Below, one piece after another: positions 58,557 through 64,000 of a stretch of DNA of 64,000 bases. Made by a program: the position numbers and the translations under genes. Positions within the stretch are counted from its first letter, which is position 1. Every line of letters begins with the position of its first letter. This DNA comes from a virus (lineage: Duplodnaviria; Caudoviricetes). Location: IMG/VR virus record IMGVR_UViG_3300001528_000534, positions 32,001-96,000 of that record. One strand, written 5' to 3'. Under the pieces are notes generated by a model that had not been told where the DNA came from, did no database searches, and saw only the letters and a list, made by a program, of their open reading frames with translations.

Positions 58557-58802
58557 TTATTCTCCTCTTGTATATTCAGTGCTTACATTAAAAATAGGCT
58601 CTTTTTCGTCATTAAAAGATTTTACTACTTCAAAGCGAATCCATTCATCAACAACTTCGCCCTTTTCTTTCTTTTCTTTCTTTTGACTACTGTATTTAAC
58701 AATTTCAAAATTTCCATCAGCTTTTAGCTCTTCAAGAAAATTTTTAACTTCTTCTTCATTCGCCAATCTATAAACTTCTACTGTTTTAATTAAATATTTC
58801 AT
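58557..58802 (-). CDS. hypothetical protein
   Basis: ORF with RBS. Confidence 0.7.
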   Translation of the reverse strand: MKYLIKTVEVYRLANEEEVKNFLEELKADGNFEIVKYSSQKKEKKEKGEVVDEWIRFEVVKSFNDEKEPIFNVSTEYTRGE

Positions 58803-58816
58803 ATTAATATGACTCC

Positions 58817-59080
58817 TTAATTTATATTAATAATTAAATTTTTATTTCCATAATTTTTAGTATACTCTGTTAAAGTATCTTTTTTTATTTTTTCTAGAAA
58901 ATTAGTAGAACCAAATAAATTTACACAGTTACAATTCTCTTGCTCTACAAGAGTAGAAATTGAACGCGGCAAATCTTCTAAATTGCAAGCGTATTCTTTT
59001 ATACATAGTCCATTAGAATAAACTTTAATTTTCTAAAAACTATCGAACATAGAAATATTTACAATAATTTTATTATCCAT
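58817..59080 (-). CDS. hypothetical protein (one TAG)
   Basis: RBS AAGGGAGG and continuous frame. Confidence 0.55.
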
Positions 59081-59091
59081 ATTTTTCCTCC

Positions 59092-59463
59092 TTAGCATTC
59101 AATAACTGCTTGAGAATAAGGAAATAAGTAATAAACATGGGGCAAATCTTCCATAAAAGGCTTCAACCAAATTTCATAAGCCCCATTTTTTTGTTTATCT
59201 ATTGCGTAAATAACTCCTCTTTCTTTTAGAGTTTCAATAACTTCATAACTTGCCTTTTGTCTTGAATTAAAAGAACCTTTAAGAACATATACAGTATAAT
59301 CGCTTAATTCTTTACATAAAAGCATATAATATTTTTCTTTTCTTTCAAAATAATTAATCAAATCAGCTCTTTTTAAATCTATCTCTCTATTAGATAAAGG
59401 ATTTTCTTTATTCACTAACTATTGATTAATTTCATACATATTTCCAATAGGTATATTATTCAT
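59092..59463 (-). CDS. hypothetical protein (N-terminus extended through a TAG)
   Basis: RBS AAAGGAG before ATG 59463. Confidence 0.65.
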
Positions 59464-59944
59464 GTTTTTCTCCTTTACGCATATAAGATATTGTCTAATT
59501 TGAAGACCCTCTTAAATCAAGAGTTATATCTCTTAATGAATCTATATAAGGACCGTCAATTAAAACATCAACTTTATTAGCTACATTCTATTGAAGTAAA
59601 TTAAAATGTTGTTTTTCATATCCTGTCCACAAATAAATTGTAATATCTGGAAACATAATCCTTACATTGTCTATTAAGTATTCTACCAAAAAAATATTTT
59701 CATAACAGAGAGGTTCTCCGCCCAAAATACTAAAATTTCGTTTTATACCGTTTTTATCTATTGCAACAAGAATTTTCTTTAGAATATCTTCGGCGGTATC
59801 TCTTTTACCACCCATAAAAGACCAAGTTTCTGGATTATGGCAATTAAAACAATGATGTGGACACCCCTATGTCCAAAAAGATACGCATATTCCTTTTCCA
59901 TTTGTTGTATCATTTTCTTTAATATCTGCATAAGCAACGAACAT
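59456..59944 (-). CDS. nrdG: anaerobic ribonucleotide reductase activating radical-SAM enzyme (TAG=Gln)
   Basis: WT(TAG)GCPHHCFNCHN, LGGEP, WTGY, LIDGPY and LRGSSN(TAG) motifs. Confidence 0.92.
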
Positions 59945-59979
59945 ATTTGTTGAAACCTCCAACATAAATTATAAATTCC

Positions 59980-62900
59980 TTAATCTAAATGAACAACTCT
60001 CATTTTTATTTCTTGAGTTCGCCCATAATTCCAAAAATGCGCTCCGATATATCCGCAAGTTCTTCTTGCAACGTTCATTTTTGACTAATCTCTATTGCCA
60101 CAATTAGGACAATACCATTGCATATTATTATCAATCAATATTTCTCCGTCATAGCCACAATTATGACAATAATCAGATTTTGTATTTAATTCAGCATATG
60201 CAATATTATTATAAATAAACTAAATAATAGATAGAACAGCGGGAATGTTATTTTGTAAATTTGGAGTCTCTATATAACTTATTGCGCCACCCGCACTATG
60301 TTTTTGAAATTCAGCTTCAATAGATAATTTAGAAAAAGCGTCTATTTTTTCAAAAACTGGAAGATGATAACTATTGGTGATGAAATTTCTATCTTGACCA
60401 TCAAGTTTAATAAAGATATCTTCTCCAAATCTTTTCTTTAAAGTCTTAGCGAATTTATAAGTTGTGGATTCTATCCTTCACTTTTTGTTTTTGGACTATC
60501 TTTTCACCCTTTTTCTCAAAGGGGTTCGCTCTTTCGCTTTTGCTACTCTACTAGGCTTGTCACCGTTCGATAGTCTCTACACATTTATATTATTATTTTT
60601 AATATTGTTCATCTTGGTATCTAAAATACCAATCTTTTCTAACAGGTCTTTTATATTTTGCTTGTCTACCAATGGTTGAGGCAGGACACCCTGTTAATCT
60701 TGCAGCTTCTTTTATCGAACCATATCTTCCCAATTCTTTATTTGTTTTTGTTTCATACATTACAACAGGTTTAGATTGACTATCATTATATCCTTTATCA
60801 TTTATTAATAATCCATCATTAATTGCTTTTTGCGTATTTTCAGAATAAGTAGTCCAATATAAATTATCGACTCTGCAATCAGTTTTTATATTATTTTTAT
60901 GACCTACAATAGGAAGATTTTTAGGATTTGGGATAAAAGTTTCTGCTATAACAATATGCTATCTTCTTTTTTTCTTAATATATTTACCATTTTTATCAAT
61001 ATATTTTAATGTACAGTATTTATAGCCCTGTACTAAAGAGGATGCGCACTCAAAATATTCTCCATAATGTTTTACAGGAGTAAGTATATCTTTATACCAT
61101 CTATTTGGGACTTTTCGAGTTTCTTGTCCATAGATTTTTCCATCTGGAGTACACCAATTTAAAGTATTCTTGATTACTTTTGCATTTGTAGGCAACTCTT
61201 TAAAATAGTTCATCTTTTGTCTCCTTTCTTTTTTAATAATTAAAAATAATAATAATTTAGCTCGGGATTTCTTTCGATTCCCCGAATTAAGCGATTTTTT
61301 CATTATCTATCACTAGATAAGCTCCCATAGAATCTAACTTTTTAAATTTCAGGAGACCCATATACGCTATAATCAATATCTTCTTCTTGCTTCCACTATT
61401 CACACTTTTTTTCAAGAGCTTCCATAATTTTTAATCCAAAATTTCTGCTTCTTCCTTCAACTGCATGAGATTTTCCAGTCATATATTTTACACATTCATA
61501 TAAACCAGCGTATCCCAAGCTAGCAGTAGCATAACCATGGTGAAGAAGCTCTCTTATGCTTTCATGTTTATCTAATCTTGCAAAAGCTCCATGTTGCCAC
61601 AAAATAGGTGCGACATCAGAAGTTATTTTTTCAAGTCTTTTAATACGAGCTTGTAATCCTCTATGACAAAGTTCAGTTCTTTCTTCAAAAAGCTTCCAAA
61701 ATAATTCTTCATTCTTATGAGAAGAAAAAGCTATATCAGGTAAATTTAATGTCGTTACGCCAACATTAAATCTTCCATAATATTTTCCTTTATCTGAATC
61801 ATAATTCTTAGCTCTTGAGATATTTTCTTTAACTCTATCAGCACTAAGAAAACTTCTACAACCCATACAAGGAAAACAGTCTCCATTTTTCATTTCTTTT
61901 AATTTTTTTTCTGAAATGTAGTCTGGAACCATACGCTTTGCAGTGCATTTTGCGGCAAGCTCTGTTATTTTCCAATAAGGAGAATTTTTATGAATATTAT
62001 CCTCTTCTAAAACATAAAGAAGTTTAGGAAAAGCTTGTGTTACATATACTCCTTTTTCATTTTTCATGCCTTGCATTCTTTGTTTTAAAAATTCTTCTAT
62101 TAAAAGAGCTAAATCCTCTTTATATCTTTTTGTTTCTCCTAAATACATACATACAGAGAGGAATGGTGCTTGCCCATTCGTAGTGCTCATAGAATTAATT
62201 TGATAATTAAAAGTCTAAACGGCATCAGAGATTTCTTTTTGTAAATCCTCTTCTGCGAAATTTTTAGATTGCTCTTCACTAAAGCCTCTTTCAATATATT
62301 TTTCATAATACTTTTTTCTGCTATCTTCTACAAAAGGTGCTAAATGAGTTAAAGAAATAGTACAGCCGCCATACTGAGAACTAGCTACCGCCGTAATAAT
62401 CTATGTTGCTATTGTTACAGCAGTTAATAGACGATGAGGCTTTTCAATCATTACTCCATTGATATTAGTACCATTTTGGAGCATATCTTCTAAATTAATT
62501 AAACTACAATTTGTTAAAGCATTTTGTGCCATATAATCTATATCATGCTAATGAATTATACCTTTATCATGAGCTTCACAAATATCCGCGTCTAACAACT
62601 TTCTACGACTATAATCTGTACTAGCAATACCTGCGAGATAGTCTCTTTGTACTGTCACAACAGTAGCATTCTTATTGGAATTTTCTGTCTTCCAATATTC
62701 ATTATCTCCTTTTAGAAAATCCGTAATAGTTTTATCGGTTATATTGCCTCTTGCTTGATTTCTCTCTTCTCTATAAAGAATATAAGCCTTAGCAACATCT
62801 TTCCTCTTAGTTGACATTAATCCTTTTTCGACTAAATCCTGAATATCTTCAACACTTAATTTTTTTTCTGTTGCAATATCTTCAATATAATTTGAAATAT

Positions 62901-63027
62901 TCTCAGCCTTTTTTTCGGCATATTCAGAAATCTCTCCGTCAACTTGTTTAAATGCGGCAAGTATGGCTCTTTCAATTTTCTTTTTATTAAACTAGACTTT
63001 TCTGCCATCTCTTTTAATAATTTCCAT
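59980..63027 (-). CDS. nrdD: class III anaerobic ribonucleotide reductase, 2 exons (63027-61351, 60474-59980), 723 aa (TAG=Gln)
   Basis: ATP cone IIKRDG, NCSL, ASSQYGG, NGQAPF, MGCRS, TNSYH and glycyl-radical RRTCGYI motifs. Spliced junction YGSP-IESTTY. Confidence 0.95.
60475..61350 (-). mobile_element. group I intron 6 in nrdD
   Basis: P1 CUCCU/GGGAG with U.G. 8-bp P10 GAUUCUAU/AUAGAAUC. Core TAATTCGGGGAA, AATCCCGAG, GTAGAGACTA and GATAGTCC. Confidence 0.88.
60599..61213 (-). CDS. intron-encoded HNH-type endonuclease with NUMOD1-like tail (TAG=Gln)
   Basis: R(TAG)HIVIAETFIPNP...VGHKNNIKTDCRVDNLYWTTYSEN and SIKEAAR motifs. Confidence 0.8.
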
Positions 63028-63110
63028 ATTTCTGGACCTCCTAATTATTTAATCATTTTAAGGAAAATATTTTCCACTTAAAATATGAAAAATTATAATT
63101 TTAAGTTATT

Positions 63111-63689
63111 TTACTTCGACCAATGCTTATTAGCAAAATCAACGATTGCCTCCCCAAGAAAATAAGTAAATTTTTTCTTATTATTTTTAAAAGTAATTAA
63201 AGTAAATTCATCATTAATATCTGAAAAATCTTTTTTATCTTGTAAAAATCGCCTACAAATTTCAGAACAATCGGGCGTATCTTCTCTGTTAAGCGCTCTC
63301 AATAGACGTTGTTTATCTGAAACTTCAATATAGAAAGGAATAATATCTAATTCTGGATTTCCTAAAAGATTTTCATATGCTTCAGGACAAAAAACTCCAA
63401 TATTAATTTTTTCAGGAGATAAAGACATTTGTATTGTTCCATAGTACCAACCATTAAAACAAGAAGCTTCCATTATCTCTCCATTTAAAATTGCTTTAGT
63501 GAAATCTTCTTCTGTCATAAAGAAATAATCAACGCCATCTTTTTCTCTCTCTCTCATCGGGCGGGTAGTAGCAGGAATAATATTATTATAATTTGTATTT
63601 TTTAAAATGGATTTTTTAATAGTATCTTTCCCGCTGCCACTTGGACCAATTAAAGCTATTATTTTATACTTCTTCTGAATATCGTTCAT
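63111..63689 (-). CDS. gmk: guanylate kinase
   Basis: GPSGSGKDT, TTRPMREREKDGVDYFF and GWYYGT motifs. Probable start MNDIQ at 63689. Confidence 0.88.
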   Translation of the reverse strand: MNDIQKKYKIIALIGPSGSGKDTIKKSILKNTNYNNIIPATTRPMREREKDGVDYFFMTEEDFTKAILNGEIMEASCFNGWYYGTIQMSLSPEKINIGVFCPEAYENLLGNPELDIIPFYIEVSDKQRLLRALNREDTPDCSEICRRFLQDKKDFSDINDEFTLITFKNNKKKFTYFLGEAIVDFANKHWSK

Positions 63690-64000
63690 GTTCAAGCTCC
63701 ATTTCTGTACCATTATTATAAATTTTGGTAATTTTATATAATTGGTGGGTTGGCGTATGCTTATAAGATTTACATACAAAAGTATCCTCTCTGCGGAAAC
63801 CAGTACACATTACTAAAGTTCCTCTTTTAAACCAACCTTTTTCCATAACTTTTTTCGTTCCGTCTTCTTGCTTTTCTGATATTTGTCTAGCATACATAGC
63901 ATAATATTCTTTTGTGAATTTTACATTTACAACTCCTGTTGTGGTTAATATAGAAATAGTTGAACGGTTATCATCTTTACTAATAACTGTACCAACAATT
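63664..64000 (-). CDS. C-terminal OB-fold part of a DnaE-type DNA polymerase III alpha subunit (runs off the window)
   Basis: IVGTVISKDDNRSTISILTTTGVVNVKF...KGWFKRGT resembles the ends of Firmicutes phage Pol III alpha. Confidence 0.6.
   Translation of the reverse strand, partial: IVGTVISKDDNRSTISILTTTGVVNVKFTKEYYAMYARQISEKQEDGTKKVMEKGWFKRGTLVMCTGFRREDTFVCKSYKHTPTHQLYKITKIYNNGTEMELEHERYSEEV

Noticed and set aside
63690-63779. N-terminal extension of guanylate kinase in the track
   Set aside because: It overlaps the polymerase C-terminus. The Met at 63689 gives a normal Gmk start.

Overview
A 64 kb segment of a large, AT-rich, long-tailed dsDNA phage. The host is most likely a gut Firmicute (Clostridia), judging by sigma-A promoters, Firmicutes-type SOS boxes and strong RBSs. 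The phage reassigns TAG to glutamine (genetic code 15), so the supplied ORF track is fragmented from about 10 kb onward. Layout: (1) 1-7.4 kb holds small minus-strand early genes, each with its own consensus promoter, separated by long spacers packed with palindromes resembling operators of many different host DNA-binding proteins (LexA, CcpA/LacI, ParB/parS, Rex, DtxR/MntR, Rrf2 and others). This is the most unusual signal in the window. (2) 7.5-10.3 kb holds accessory genes, including an ADP-ribosyltransferase/sirtuin-fragment/macrodomain cluster. (3) 10.4-52.5 kb is the plus-strand packaging, head and tail module, with terL split by three group I introns and a 3444-aa tape measure protein. 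(4) 52.6-56.2 kb is an uncharacterised cassette with one gene split by a group I intron. (5) 56.2-64 kb holds minus-strand DNA metabolism genes: RuvC-like resolvase, intron-split dut, nrdG, intron-split nrdD, gmk and the end of a DnaE-like polymerase. In all there are six group I introns, each with a homing endonuclease ORF, and a fixed-spacing phage promoter motif occurring nine times. No tRNA or release-factor gene was seen. Coordinates were read by hand, and family assignments come from recalled motifs, not database searches.
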